A stretch of DNA of 64,000 nt, from the NCBI RefSeq assembly GCF_009914755.1, contig NC_060931.1, one strand, 5' to 3'. The translations under genes and the position numbers were made by a program. Shown piece after piece: positions 38,991 to 54,228 of this stretch. The notes under the pieces are model-generated. The model made no database searches, was not told the origin of the DNA, and worked only from the letters and a program-made list of their open reading frames with translations. The DNA is from the human T2T-CHM13v2.0 reference genome, Homo sapiens. Position 1 is the stretch's first letter, and each line of letters opens with the position of its first letter.

Positions 38991-41229
38991 CATCATGCAT
39001 GCCACTGAAAATTATTCTGATATATTTCTCTATTGATTTTACCTTAAAGGCTTCAGGAAGCCACTGGAGCACTGAAAATTTCTGTTGAACAAATTAAAAA
39101 ATCCCATCCATATCCCCAAACCACACCATCTTTCTCTTTCCCTGTCCCTACACCCTCTTTACCTAGTAGAAAAGCACCAGAAACCTCTATTTGTCTCTGT
39201 TCCTCTTCTCTCTCAACAAATGGACCTATATGTAAAAACTTAAGTCCAAAAGAACACCATTTTGTACATTACTTTGTACTTTTTATATTTGCAATGGGAG
39301 ATGGAGAGAAGAAACTAGTCAGTAATAAAACAGATCCCCCCTCCACCTGCAGGTGATAATTGTCATAAAGCCCCACTAAGAAAACTGTCTTTTGTTATGT
39401 ATCCCAAAATAAGAAACTGTTAAGCTATTAAAAGAGAAGAAAAGGGCACTTAGTAGTAAATGCCATCTAATGATACAGACTAATAAATACAAGTAATTTT
39501 AATGTAGTAGATTAGAGTTTTAAAATGCCATTTTGCAACTATTTGCAAGAGAGTTTAGTAATTTAAAGAACATTTTCCTTATTACATCAAATTCCCATAA
39601 TTTACCTTATAAGTAAAATGCTAGCAAAAGCTATAACCTTAATTTATATAACATTAAAGTCACATCCTAACTTTGGGAATTTATTTGCAGGCATGTTAAT
39701 TTTTAAACAATTTAAAACCACTCTTAAAAGTATTTTCTATTTCCTCCTAGGGCCCTGATTTGTTTTTAAGGGAACTGTTTCAAAGATGTTAACCGAAATT
39801 GCAAAGGGACAGCTGCTTGATACAAAGGGGCATATTACTGCCTTGCAATATCAAATCACTCAACCTCACTTCTTTTCCCTTTTTTGGGCTCTAGGTTGCC
39901 ACTAAAATGGCTATGTCTTAGTAAGTAAATAGAGTGATGGTCATATTATGCATACTGATATATCCTAAGGTCCTTTTACTGGGAAATGAGAGTATTTGCC
40001 CATATACACTTTATGTCTATGTTAATGTCTGCACTTGCTTTAACTTCCCTAAATCCCAAAACATGTTTCAAGATTTGTGAACTGGATAATTCACACCAGT
40101 GCACTTTTCTGTTGTTCATCTTAAATTACGGAAATTCTCATATCTGTTCTAAACCTTAGGAGACAAAAATACAAAAAAAAATCCCTTAAAAAAGCACCAT
40201 ATGTTCTAAACATAACTTCATAGAATATAAAAAAATCAACCAATGGCAATTAATCTTACAGATGCCATTTCATTTTACCATGAATTACGTCGACAAAATA
40301 TGTTAAACAATGGGTTTAAATGATGTATATCAAAATGTATTGACTCAAATAGTTTCGCATTATTTCTTTAAGGTATAATAGGTATGTTAAAAAACTATTA
40401 CCAAAAATAATGCAAGAATAAAATTATCATCTATGGTCGTATCACTTTTTATACCATCTTCCTTAAAATCTTGAGATTCAAGTCCTAACCATACAGTTTC
40501 AGTGAGAAAAGCCATAAAACCATGCTTTTTTAAAAAAGAAAAAAAAAAGCCTGTTTTTTTCCGGTCCTGGTTTCCCAGGATCATAAAACTCAAACTGTCC
40601 TCCCCAAATTTATCTTTTCTCACTTGTTTCTTAACTGTTGAGTTATAAATACCTCTGTCTTCTATTAAAGGTAAGTTCATTCCTGTGAGAACTATATTCC
40701 AAATTCTATACTCACGCTGTATTCAGAATTCAAAATTTGACTTCTAATCTTATATAAAAACTAGTTCTTAAATGTGACAAAGCTATATAGATGTTCTACT
40801 AACTTCAATTTTTTTAAAAATTATTAGTTAAATTTTCTCTAGCATTAATTCTAGTTGGAGACTGCAAACACCCAGAATATTGATATAGGTACATACACTG
40901 GAGTCAGAATTGATTTTCTATCATTGAACCTGCTAGGCACAAAAGTAACAGTATGCAATTGTATTCATGCTGTGCAAACCTCCTTGATAATATATTAAAA
41001 ATCTAGCATATTGGGGTTTCCATACTGATTTACACTATACATACCTTTTGTCTATACTTTTTCAAAAAATGGCGTATGTAGCTGAAATTTTTTAAAGCCA
41101 ACAACAACAAAAATGGTTATAAGCTTGCCTTGTATTAGAACTTCTTTTGTCTGTCAATCAACAATAAAGTATTATTCTACCACCACAAAAGGAAAACCTT
41201 TGGAGGCAGTAAAGGACTATGGGTTGTGC

Positions 41230-41500
41230 AAATGTGCAGTTGCTAAGAAGCAAATATGCCTCTCTTCTAATCAAATAGCCCAGCTCAGCAATGCCGCTGG
41301 CTTGGGGCAAAAAGCAAATTCCACCAGCCACAAACTTAGAAACAGTCTTGAATTATTTGTTGCTGACCGCTGGCTGAACCCTTCCTGATGAGCACCATCA
41401 CCATTAGCCACTACTCAGTGTATTCCATCAACCAATGGCAATAGCAGCATGCTACAGCTCAGGCTACAAGAAATTGATCAAACAGGGTAATGAGACTATT
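41230..41500. promoter_or_regulatory. Candidate conserved non-coding element
   Basis: Unique GC-richer island in a TE-poor AT-rich stretch, with TAATCA, CCAAT and ATTGATCAAA motifs. Confidence 0.3.
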
Positions 41501-44081
41501 TCTTCACAGAGGTTATTTTAAATGAATATAAATATTTTCTTTCTATGTAATTTGCCACAGAAAGGTCACTGAACTCTCTGTGATTCGAAAGAAAAATGTT
41601 CTACTGTCCCCTTTACATATTTGAGTTAAGATAAAGCCAACAAACAATTCAGGGCGTTTCTTGATATTAGGAGCAAATTCTCATGAGCTGGCATTTGAGA
41701 CAACAGATTTAGCTGTGATATTTTAGCTTCATATGAAGCTACAGCTAAAAATTGATCAAACGATGCTACTCTATAAATATAAAACTAATCATGATTTACT
41801 AATTAAAAATATTTATAAGAGTACATTTTTGTTTAACAAAAGCACAATTAATCTCTAATGTAGGAAACTGTGAGAACATGAATCATATGTATGCCTTCTT
41901 AGCTCATTATTAAAATTTGATGTAATTGTTGTAAATTATTTAGTGGAGAATTCATTTTCTATAGCCCACCTCCTCCTGCTAGACAGTAGAATAAAATGCA
42001 TGTTAACTATTCCAGTTGGCACATGAATCATTTCACTGACATCTGATTTAGCTCCTCTTACAGAGAGATATTTACTGCTCCTCTTCTTTACATACTTTAA
42101 ATGAAATCACATCACAACCAAATCACAGCAATTTAGCTGTATATTTTATCTAATATTCTGTAAAGTCCAGTTTGTAGTTAGCAGGCTTCTAATATGGTGG
42201 TATTAAAATAATCCCAGCGAAATCACTCTTTAGGAACTTCAAACACCCTTACACCAGCAAAAAAAAAAAAAAAAAAAGATTCAGTGTAAATATTTCCAAC
42301 ACATCAGTATCCTGCCATTATTATAATGCAACATAGATTAACAGATTCTAATTAAATATTTAAACTCAAGAGAAACACTTTTATATGAATGAAAACCTCT
42401 AAAGGGCCTTGTAAAAGATGTTTATTGTGTTCTAAAATAACTACTTTAAAACTTTCTAAAAGACGTTTATCATGTACCATTAAAAATAAATGCAATCAAA
42501 TATGATAAATACTTGCAAAATGAACTGCTTCATATGCAGATTCAAGAGTTTAAAAAAATTATTTATTTTTGTTTATGATCCTTACTTTAGAAACAAATAG
42601 GTCAAATAATTTTTGCCTTCATCAAAAATGTCTAGTTAAGTGTAATATGAAAAATAGAAATGTGCTTAGGCTATTCTTTTTAATTACTGAAACTCAGAAC
42701 TACCTTTCAAAATTACTCTTTTAAATTGTTATGAATGTCATTAGACATAACAGTAAAACCACCTATCTACAAAATAAAACACAAGATAATATACAAATGG
42801 TCTTTTTTTTTTTAAGGGGATAAAGTATTACTGGGTATTAGAAGTTTATCTGTGCCACTAATAGGGACTTCTAAACATTCGTGACTAGGAAATGACTGCA
42901 GTAATAACAGGATTTTAAATGCAAATTCAAATAATTTAAAAACACATACAGGTTTGAATGAAACAGAAAACCTGTACAATTAATTTTAATCTCTCTTGAA
43001 AGGGAGAGCTACTAAAGAACTAGACAGAATACAATACAGAGAATAGAATCTCAAGGTTGACACATAATATAGGATTTGTTTAGGTGCATTCTACTTTTTT
43101 CACAATAAAATCCTGCCATGCTATCATAAATGGCCAAAGAAGATTCTCTAAATAAAAATCAATAATTAGTTTTAAAAGGGTCGAATAGCAAAAAACATCC
43201 CATCAGCTGTCTAACAATATGACAAACTCAGTAACAGCCACAAAGAACCAATATAACTTATGGTGCCAAGGAGCCAGATGGTACTGCTGGAAAAAATTAA
43301 GTCTACAGATTGGCAGTTCGACCCTGTGATTATTGCCCAAGGGAGGACAAAGTGGAAGACGAGTGGGAGGTTCAGTATGATGGAGGATAAATCAATTACC
43401 ACCAACTCACTACATTCTTCCTATGATACCCAAATAACAGATTCTAAATACCACATCAGTAAATTTTTCAAGGTTTAAGTAGCCCCAAACTTAGTTGGGA
43501 ATGATAAAACAGTATATAGTAAAAAGTAGAATATAATCTCAGTTTTTCATCTTAAGCCCTAGTCAATTATATTGATAACCTGACCCAACTGCATAAAATC
43601 CACATACAATAAACACTAAAGCATTTTAGTATAGCTCCATTACTTAAAAATCAGGCTTTTAAAAAATTTTTGAAATTTTGCTTGACATTAAATGACAGCA
43701 TTTGTTAAAATTCTATTTACTTTCCAAAAGGAGAATTATAAATAGATAATGGTTGCATATGATGATCTCATGGCTAAATAACTGACTTAACACGTTTTCT
43801 AACAAATGTTTTGTCCATGTTTTTGCTTATAAAAAGAAGCATTTCCCACTTTGTGCTATATAAAGAATGCTAAAGAAGTAGCAACATCGCAAGACACGTT
43901 CAAAATCCAACCACACGGTAGATAAAAGATAAGTGCATTGTTAATTTATGCAATTATGAAAAAATATCAATTTTACTCATACTTTTGAAATGAAAAATAG
44001 TTACATATTCAGCATTAACTGGCAGAGCTTATGCTGAGAAAAAATTTTTGTTTCTTTGGCCTCCTATCACTTATGAATACA

Positions 44082-44312
44082 TACAGCTGTTTTGTATTAC
44101 TCTAGTTTTAGTAGGCCAGATATTAAGATAAGAATATTAGGAATACTAAGATATTAAAGATAAGAAAATTTAGGCTATCAATTTTTAAAATACAGTCAAT
44201 TTTTACAGCTGTTTTATATTACTCTAGTTGTAGTAAGTCAGATATTAAGAAAATTAAGAATACTAAGATATTAAAAATAAGAAAATTCAGACTGTCAATT
44301 TTTACAATATAA
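44082..44312. repeat. Local tandem duplication, two copies of about 110-120 bp
   Basis: tacagctgtttt.tattactctagtt.tagta.g.cagatatt...gaatactaagatattaaa.ataagaaaatt...tcaattttta occurs twice. Confidence 0.85.
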
Positions 44313-45336
44313 GTATGTGTTGATGCACTTAATATATTAGTAATTACACTAAGAGATGGCCTTTGGATTTTGTCTCAAACAACAATCAGTAACAGATCAA
44401 TTAGATTTCTCTAGCAAAGAAATTTGATAAGGCAAAAAAAATGTTCTGATTAATTAGTTGCTAAGTATGAAAGCAAGACTAAATTCACAAGGATTCTAGA
44501 AAAGTATTAGTCAAATCACAGGCATAAACTAATTTGATCAAAGTTCACTGAAACCTTTCTGACACATTTTCTAACATGTTACAAAAGGATAGGAAATTAA
44601 TTGCTAACATGGTTTGCTCAGTGCACTATCTGAACCCCTGTTGTGGGCACAGTCACAGTGATGGAAAAATTAATCTGAGAGGATATGCTTTACCTAAACC
44701 ACACCTACCTCACTTTTCCTCATCAAACAAAAATTGTGTATGCATACTTCAAATAGCTTGTTTAAAACATTTATAACATTTTAAATGGACATCAGCATTT
44801 CAACACCTTATTACACATTCCCCCACCATGATTTTGGGATAAAAAGCTGTTCAATCTTTATATATCTGGACTAAATAACAGACCAGCAATGTGTTTATAG
44901 TCTCAGAGGAGTACAGCTAGTTCACAGGAGTGTATACATTCACACAGGTCTATAGGTTTATATATCCATCAAGATTTATAAAAATACATTGAAATACATC
45001 TTTAGATGAAAATCAGAACAGAAAGACAGGGGATTTAAAAGAATGTCAGCAGAGAGGAAATATTTCATGATAACGGACACTATTAAAACTCTGTGGATAG
45101 TAAAACAGAGCAAGAAAAAAAATTGGGGAACAATTGTCAACTAAAGGAGTTATTATTATATAAAATCCAAATATCATGTATATAAAGAACAACACCTATG
45201 TCTCATGCATTTTTACCATCCAAAGGATTAGAATTCCAGTTGATACAATTGCAGACAACAACATTAAGACTTTAAATTTATTTAATTATAAAACATATAG
45301 ATAGACACATGACACAGGTTTATTTCTTTTTAAAAA

Positions 45337-47278
45337 ATCAAATTGTCTCTGTTTGCAGATGACATTATTGTATATTTAGAAAACCCCATCATCTCAGCCC
45401 AAAATCTCAAGCTGATAAGCAACTTCAGCAAAGTCTCAGGATACAAAATCAATGTGCAAAAATCACAAGCATTCCTATACACCAATAATAGACAAACAGA
45501 GAGCCAAATCATGAGTGAACTCCCATTCACAATTGCAACAAGAAGAATAAAATACCTAGGAATACAACTCACAGAAGATATGAAGGACTTCTTCAAGGAG
45601 AACTACAAACCACTGCTCAAGGAAATAAGAGAGAACACAAACAGATGGAAAAACATTCCATGTTCATGGATAGGAAGAATCAATATCATGAAAATGGCCA
45701 TACTACCCAAAGTAATTTATAGATTCAATGCTATCCCCATCAAGCTACCACTGACTTTCTTCACAGAATTAGAAAAAACTACTTTAAATTTCATATGGAA
45801 CCAAAAAAGAACCCGTATAGCCAAGATGACCCTAAGCAAAAAGAACAAACCTGGAGGCATGACGCTACCTGACTTCAAACTATACTACAAGGCTACAGTA
45901 ACCGAAACAGCATGGCACTGGTACCAAAACAGATACATAGACCAACGGAACAGAAAAGAGGCCTCAGAAGTAATGCCACACATCTACAACCATCTGATCT
46001 TTGACAAACCTGACAAAAACAAGCAATGGGGAAAGGATTCCCTATTTAATAAATGGTGTTGGGAAAACTGGCTAGCCATATGCAGAAAACTGAAACTGGA
46101 CCCCTTCCTTACACCTTATACAAAAATTAACTCAAGGTGGATTAAAGACTTAAAACCTAAAACCATAAAAACCCTAGAAGAAAACCTAGGCAATACCATT
46201 CAGGACACAGGCATGGGCAAAGTTCATGACTAAAACACCAAAAGCAATGGCAACAAAAGCCAAAATTGACAAATGAGATCTAATTAAAGAGCTTCTGGAC
46301 AGCAGAAGAAACTGTCATCAGAGTGAACAGGCAACCTACAGAATGGGAGAAAATTTTTGCAATCTATCCATCTGACAAAGGGCTAATATCCAGAATCTAC
46401 AAGGAACTTAAACAAATTTACAAGAAAAAAACAACCCCATCAAAAAGGGGGTAAAGGATATGAACAGACATTTCCCAAAAGAAGACATTTATGTGGCCAA
46501 CAAACATATGAAGGAAAGCTCATCATCACTGGTCATTAGAGAAATGAAAATCAAAACCACGATGAGATACCATTTCATGCCAGTTAGAATGGTGATAATT
46601 AAAAAGTCAGGAAACGACAGATGCTGGAGAGGATATGGAGAAATACAAATGCTTTTACACTGTTCGTGGGAGTGTAAATTAGTTCAACCATTGTGGAAGA
46701 CAGTATGGCAATTCCTCAAGGATCTGGAACCAGAAATACCATTTGACCCAGTAATCCCATTACTGGGTATATACCCAAAGGCTTATAAATCATTCTACTA
46801 TAAAGACACATGCACACATATGTTTATCACAGCACTGTTCACAACAGCAAAGACTTGGAACCAACCCAAATGCCCATCAATGATAGACTGGATAAAGAAA
46901 ATGTGGCGCATATACACCATGCAATACTATGCAGCCAAAAAAAGGATGAGTTCATGTCCTTTGCACGGACATGGATGAAGCTGGAAACCATCACTCTCAG
47001 CAAACAGAGGAACAGAAAACCAAACACCGCATGTTCTCACTCATAAGTAGGAGTTGAACAATGAGAACACATGGACACAAGGAAGGGAACATCACACACC
47101 TGCACCTGTCGGGGGGTGGGGGCTAGGGGAGGGATAGATAACATTAGGAGAAATACCTAATGTAGATGACGGGTTGATGGGTGCAGGAAACCACCATGAC
47201 ACATGTATACCTATGTAACAAAGCTGCGCATTCTGCACATGTATCCCAGAACTTAAAGTATACTTAAAAAAAAAAAAG
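45337..47278 (+). mobile_element. 5'-truncated L1PA7-like element (ORF2 RT/C-terminus, 3' UTR, poly-A)
   Basis: 296-aa ORF starting SLFADD; 3' UTR aatgtagatgacgggttgatggg...gtatcccagaacttaaagta. Confidence 0.95.
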
Positions 47279-47379
47279 AACTTTCCCATGCTTTCTCCCC
47301 TTCTCAGTGTTCACAAGACAAAAACCACTTTAACACTAATCACGTTCTGAAATGTTAATTTTTCAATGCCTTCAATTGT

Positions 47380-47720
47380 TAAAAGACAGCATCTTTACAT
47401 GCCTTATATCTGTATGTTTGATAATATTAGGTAATTGCTGCTACTTTTTAAGGTGTGATAAGAGTATTAAGGTTGTTTTTAAAATAATCACTATCTATAT
47501 TATATATCTGGGAATATTTAGGAATGGCATGTGGAATTTGATTCAAAATAATCTAGAAGGAGCAAGTAGAGCAAGTACAAACAAAAGACTACTGTCTACG
47601 AGGTGATAACTGTTCAAGCTGAGATATGGATACATGTAAGTTTTCTTATAATATTCTATGTCTGTATGTTTGAAATTATTCATAAAAGTTAAAATAAAAG
47701 TGCTCAGAAAATTTAAAAAA
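47380..47720 (+). mobile_element. L1ME 3' fragment
   Basis: ttttaaggtgtgataa...tgataactgttcaagctgagata...gtatgtttgaaattattcataa. Confidence 0.6.
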
Positions 47721-47730
47721 ATCAAATATA

Positions 47731-47893
47731 AGCCTGGCGCACTGGCACATGCCTATAGTCCCAGCTACTTGGGTGGCTGAGGCAGGAATATTGCTTGAGC
47801 CCAAGAACTCAAGGCTGTAGTGCACTATGATTGTACCTGTGAATAGCCACTATTCCAGCCTGGGCAATATTGTGAGATCTTATCTCTTAAAAA
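47731..47893 (+). mobile_element. FAM (fossil Alu monomer)
   Basis: Retains the 7SL-like cctgtgaatagccac segment; TSD aaaaaatcaaatat. Confidence 0.85.
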
Positions 47894-48574
47894 ATCAAAT
47901 ATTTAAGAACTTGATTTTTAAAACTGTTAATAATTGTCACAAAACATAATCCTTCCACTTGTAAAACAGTATCTACTAATAAGTTTTCTCAAAAGTTACC
48001 TCCTAGTACATTTAAAATGAAGCTTTATTTATAAAATATTTTCTGAATTTAATGTGACAGTAACTACATATCTTGGCTTTTTTGGTCATCAAGTAGGTAA
48101 ACAACCAACCAAAGAATGAAATCATTTGAAATTTCAAGATTATCTACATTTTAAATCCATTGGCATATTTCTAACAAAATAATCCAGTTAATGCTTCTCA
48201 GGATTAAGGTTCATTTTGATCAAATTCTCATATGCTATTGTTTCATTACTTTCCTACTATCTAACAGACAGGAAGCTAAATACGATTCACCCAAATAAAA
48301 AAGATCACAGAAATTTAACATAGGTCAACACACAGGTCATGACATTTATGAACCACCACGTAAAAATGCCTGCCATATTTATTAGCAAAAAGTTGAATAT
48401 TAAATCATAAAAATAATCAGTTATCTTTTAGCTACTCACAATATGATATGATTAAATAAAATATTGTCCAACACAAATTAAACTACTTATGTTCAAACAT
48501 GGATAAAAATTCCAAAGAAAATATGTACTAAAATCAAGTCAATTATTCCATCCCTTGGTCATCTTGTGACATTA

Positions 48575-48780
48575 CAGTAACCAAGAGCTAACATTGGCAT
48601 GTCCTATGTACCTATCCCTACTACAATCTTTTGAAATACTATTAATTATCCCTAATTTTACAAATTAAGAAACTAAGGCTTAAACAGAAAATAATTTGTT
48701 CAAAGTCAGAGTGTCAAACCAGGATTAAACCCAGGTATATAGGATACAATAATCTGTGCATTTGACGACAACAGTACTAT
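48575..48780 (-). mobile_element. MIR
   Basis: ttatccctaattttacaaattaagaaactaaggctta...ccaggattaaacccagg. Confidence 0.65.
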
Positions 48781-50288
48781 TTACTCATGACATGATGAAA
48801 CATAAGAGTTTATCTTTTTTAAAGTCCTTGAAAATTTAGTATGCAGATACTAAAAGTACATCTGATCTGCCTTGAATATTGCTTAATATTATATAAGTTG
48901 CCAGGACAAGACATAGTAACATAACATGATGCCTGAATTACATGGAGAAAAATAATTAGATAAAACAAAGAGGGAGGAAAAAAAGCCTAAGATCACATCA
49001 ACATTCAAATGAACGCCAAAGAAAATGACCAAGATAAAATGTATCACCAGGACTATAATCATACTAAGGAATGAAAGTAATTAATGGCTTCTAAAATTCT
49101 GTAAAATAGAATCACAGGTTTAGAAACAAAAGCAGCAATTCTCCTGGTTTACCTGTGAGGAAAGTTGGAGAAAATGTCTCTATTCTAAATCTTCTCATCT
49201 ATCTCATTCTACTGTCTCTGGAAAGTCTTCTCTTTCTCATGATATTAAACATGTTTAGGCGAATAAATCAATGATTTGCCACATCTCTATTCCATATCTC
49301 AGACTCCCTCTTAAATATCTTTGACTGGATTCTCAATACTCCTTCAAGCTCAACAAACTTGATCTTTCTTATCTGCCTTTCCACTTTCTTTATAGATAAT
49401 ATCACCTCCCTGAGAAAAGAATCTAAGTATCAAGATTCACGTTAAGCATAATCATGAAGTCTACCATTGGTTCTACCCCTGGCTATTTACTCCCCTTTGT
49501 CCCACCCATCAAGTTGATCCTACACTCCGGTTCTTCCCAGGCCTGAGTTCCCCAGAAGTATACCAAGCCCTTCCTTTCTTCTACACTTCCAGCTCCCTCC
49601 CATAACAAACTAAAATTTATTTGTCATTTGATCCATTCCTTACAACTCTTATCTCTGCCTGCTTAATCTGATACATTAGCATTTGTCAGATAATTAATAA
49701 TAATTATTAATGTAAGTATTTTATTTGCCAAATCCAATCTTTATTCTTTATTTCTGTGGTGATAGCTTCATCCATTATCACCTCTGTTAAGTATGACAAC
49801 TGATGAGCCAAAGTAGTAAACGTAACAGATATGTCATTTGGTCTTCAATTACCCATCTGTATTTATACAAACATACCTCATATTACTGTGCTTTGCTTTA
49901 ATGCACTTTACAGATACTGCATTTTTTACAAATTGCAGGTTTGTGACAACCCTTGTGGAACAAGTCTATCAGCACCATTTTTTCAATTGCACATGCTCAC
50001 TTTGTATCTCTGTGTCACATTTTGGTAATTCTTACAATATTTCAAATTTTTTCATTATTATTATATCTGTTATGGTGATCTATAATCAGTGATCTTTGAT
50101 GTTGCCATCTAATTGTTTTGGGGCACTATGATCTGCACTCATATAAGACAGCAAACTTTAATAATAAATGTATGTCCTCTGACTGCTCCACAACTCAACC
50201 TTCCCCTATCTCTCGGCCTCTCCTTGGGCTTCCTTATTCCCTGAAACATAACAACACTGAAATTAAGCCAATTAATAACCCTACAATG

Positions 50289-50607
<319 letters not shown>

Positions 50608-50798
50608 CTAAGTGTTCAAGTGAAAGAAAGAGTTCCACATCTCTCACTGTAAATCAAAAGGTACAAAAGGTAGAAATGATTAAGCTTAGGGAGGAAGGCA
50701 CGTAGAAAGTCGAGATAGGCCAAAAGGAAGGCCTCTTGTGCCAAACAGCCAAGTTGTGAATGCAAATGAAAAGTCCTTGAAGGAAAACAAAAGTGCTA

Positions 50799-51161
<363 letters not shown>

Positions 51162-52329
51162 CTAATTACTGATATGGAGAAACTTTGAGTGGTCTGGCTA
51201 GAAGATTAAACCAGCTACAACACTCCCTTAAGCCAAAGCCTAACCCAGATCAAGGCCCTAACTCTCTTCAATTCTATGAAGGCTAACAGAGATGAGAGCT
51301 GCAGAAGAAAAGTTAGAATCTAGCAGAGGTTGGTTCATGAGGTTTAAGGAAAGAAGCCATCTTCATAACAAAAAAGTGCAAGGAGTTTGGAAGAAGTTAA
51401 TTCCAACCCTCATGGATGACTTTGAGGGGTGCAGGACATCAATGGAAGAAGACACTGCAGATGTGGTGGAAATGGCAAGAGACCTACAATTAGAAGTGGA
51501 CCCTGCAGATATGACTGAATTGTTGCAATCTCATGATAAAACTTGAAGGGATGAGGAGTTGCTTCTCAGGGTGAGCAAAGAAAGTAGTTTCTTGTGATGG
51601 GATCTACTCCTGATGAAGATGCTAACAACACTGTTGAAATGACAACAATTAATTTGGAATATAACATAATCGTAGTTGATAAAGCAGTGGCAGGGTTTGA
51701 GAGGATTGACTCCAATTCTTAAAGAAATTCTACCATGGGTAAAATGGTAGCAAACAACATTACATGACAGAGGGAAATCTTTCATGGAAAGAAGAATCAA
51801 TCAATGAATCAATCAATGAATCAATCAATTCATTGCTGTCTTTATTTAAGAAACTGCCACAGCCCCCCAACCTTCAGCAGCCATCCACATTGAGACGAGA
51901 CCCTCGACCAGCAAAAAGGTTATAATTCTCTGAGGGCTAAGATGATTGCTGACATTTATTAACAATAAAGCATTTTAAAATTACAGTATGTGTGGGGTTT
52001 TGTAGACATAATGCACACAATAGTGTGCTGGGAGGTAATATAGTAGTAAGGAATACAAATTGGAAAAAGAGGGTGCATCCTTTTTAAAGGATGACAAACA
52101 CAACGTAAGCTCAGTATTGCCAGACTATCCAATTTTCCCAGAGAAGGCATAAATCTGAATTTTTCTGGGTTGGCAGAAATTTTCAAAAGTCAAATACTGG
52201 TTTGGCTAAACAAAATATACCTATAGGCCAAATTTGTAACTTGGCCTATCAGTTTGAGACCCTTGTTCTAGACACTTTGTATACTGTCTCAATTTTAAAC
52301 CAATCCATCAGTGAGTTGTGTATCTAGAC

Positions 52330-52547
52330 CAAGGATGGACAAACTTTTTTAGTAAAGTGTCAGACTAGAAATATTCCAGGCTTTGTGGGACTATGGTCTG
52401 TGTAACAACTACATACTGCTGCTGTTGTAGCATGAACACAGCCATAGACAATATGTAAACAAATACGTATGGCTGTGCTGTATAATTATCTATAAAATAT
52501 AGCAACAAGCCAAATTTGCTCCATGGGCTGTAGATTGCCAACCCCTG
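52330..52547 (+). mobile_element. MER58A hAT-Charlie MITE
   Basis: Ends ttgccaacccctg; perfect 8-bp TSD atctagac (52322-52329, 52548-52555). Confidence 0.9.
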
Positions 52548-53644
52548 ATCTAGACTGTTATTTTGGCCCCACACAAAAATGACTTGTCCTAAGCTGTATT
52601 TTGGCATTATGCTACATACCTATGTTGGTGGATGTTTTCAGAAAGAACTCCAGAGCATTATTAAATATACTCTTGTGGTTTTTATTTACCACATTATATG
52701 ACGTTCTTTTTAAAGCCCCCTTGAAAGAAATTTCACCAGGTCCTAGTGCTACAGGTACTAAGAACTGTATTTCTCTTGAGTACTTGATTTATTTTTATAG
52801 CAAGAACACTATAAATCTTGCACCTAATCAGTTTTCCTTCTTTGCATTGGCAAAGAAAGCAAGCAAGCCGAGGGTCAAATAAGTAAGTAATCTCCAGCAA
52901 AAGCTACAGTACTTATGGTATGCATTTGAGATACAGATATTAATACTAGCCTTACTTTAATTTTCCTATGTATCCTCCTTTTCCCCACCTTTGATTTCCT
53001 CTTTTTTTTAACCTTGGTATAATATATGTATCTTCGCTAACTGCCTCAATTGTTTTTTACTAAAGAATAGAAATTAGGAAAAAATAAATAAAAAGCATGT
53101 CTATCCAAGACAAATTAAATTCAAACAATCTAAAAATCTAATTTTTGTTTAGTTCTAATCTATACAATTGTACCTTTTCATATAGGTGCTAACAAGTAAA
53201 AGTGATTGGTTTATTTTATCTAGTTAATCCTCTCTTCTCATACATTGCTAAAAAGAGAAAGAATATAATGGCCAAACAGCAAACAGTTAAAAAAAAAAAA
53301 AAAAGGAGAACTTTCACTAACTGGAACATCAGCTCTTATGAAAGGTTTGAAGAATTAATGAAAATAAATAAGTGAAAAATAATAAGAATTTAAAAATTAA
53401 CCAGTCTAGACAGTTTTAACATTTATTTTTGCCTCCAGCTCTTCTCTCTATAAATCAATTCAAAATTTAGCATGCTAAATAATTATTTTAACCTACTGCA
53501 TAAACATTATACTCTCCTCTAATGAACTTGAAATATCCACTACTGAATGTATATCTATAACTATTATCTATCCCAGCCTTTTATTCTCTCTATACACATT
53601 TTTACAACACCTAAGTTTAGTCATACTTTCACATATCCTACCTT

Positions 53645-54228
53645 TAGTGGCTGTTTTTGCCTGCTCTTTGCTTTTGAATTGCTTATTTCTTTAAGACTAC
53701 CTCAGTTTTCCTTTGGAGAATGGTACCTCCCCAAATCTCCATGGGGATCAGGTGAAGCTGGCCTTACCCCTCTCCACAAACTCTTTTTTGGGCACACGAT
53801 CCAGACCTAGCCAATTCGTGCAATACACACACACACACACACACACGCCACAGTGATTGATTTAGAATAAGCACATAACCCAAGCCAAGGATTCCTGCTG
53901 CAATTCTTGAGAGATCTCTATTTCAATGGGGTTGCTAACCTGGTAGAAATATCTAAGAAGCTGCTGGTGGGTGGTCATCTTTGCCACAGCCATCCTATGG
54001 GTACAGTGTCTCTAAGAAGAAGCTACACATAGGAAAGCAGTATGTGAGTGGGAATACTCATTACAGTTTGAACACCTACCTGGATCTAGGTGGGCAAGAG
54101 GCAAGATTCCAATTCTATTCATTTTTCACAAGTGAACCAATAAACTTCCCTTTCTGCTTTGTGCTTAAGCCAGTTTGAGTTGGGTTTCTTTTTCTGTCCT
54201 GTCCATTCAAAGAGTTCTGACCAATATA
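53645..54228 (+). mobile_element. MLT1K-like MaLR LTR with (CA)n at about 53825-53846
   Basis: gccacagtgattg...aagtgaaccaataaacttccc...gcttaagccagtttgagttgggttt...ctgaccaata. Confidence 0.75.

Noticed and set aside
39043-39081. 39-nt minus-strand micro-exon (KFSVLQWLPEAFK)
   Set aside because: Weak donor (GTAAAA), and the acceptor overlaps an L2-tail-like motif; expected by chance in 64 kb.
45343-46978. 296-aa and 172-aa ORFs as host genes
   Set aside because: Frameshifted L1 ORF2 remnants; the same applies to ORFs at 27072, 30589, 61343, 62305 and 62978.
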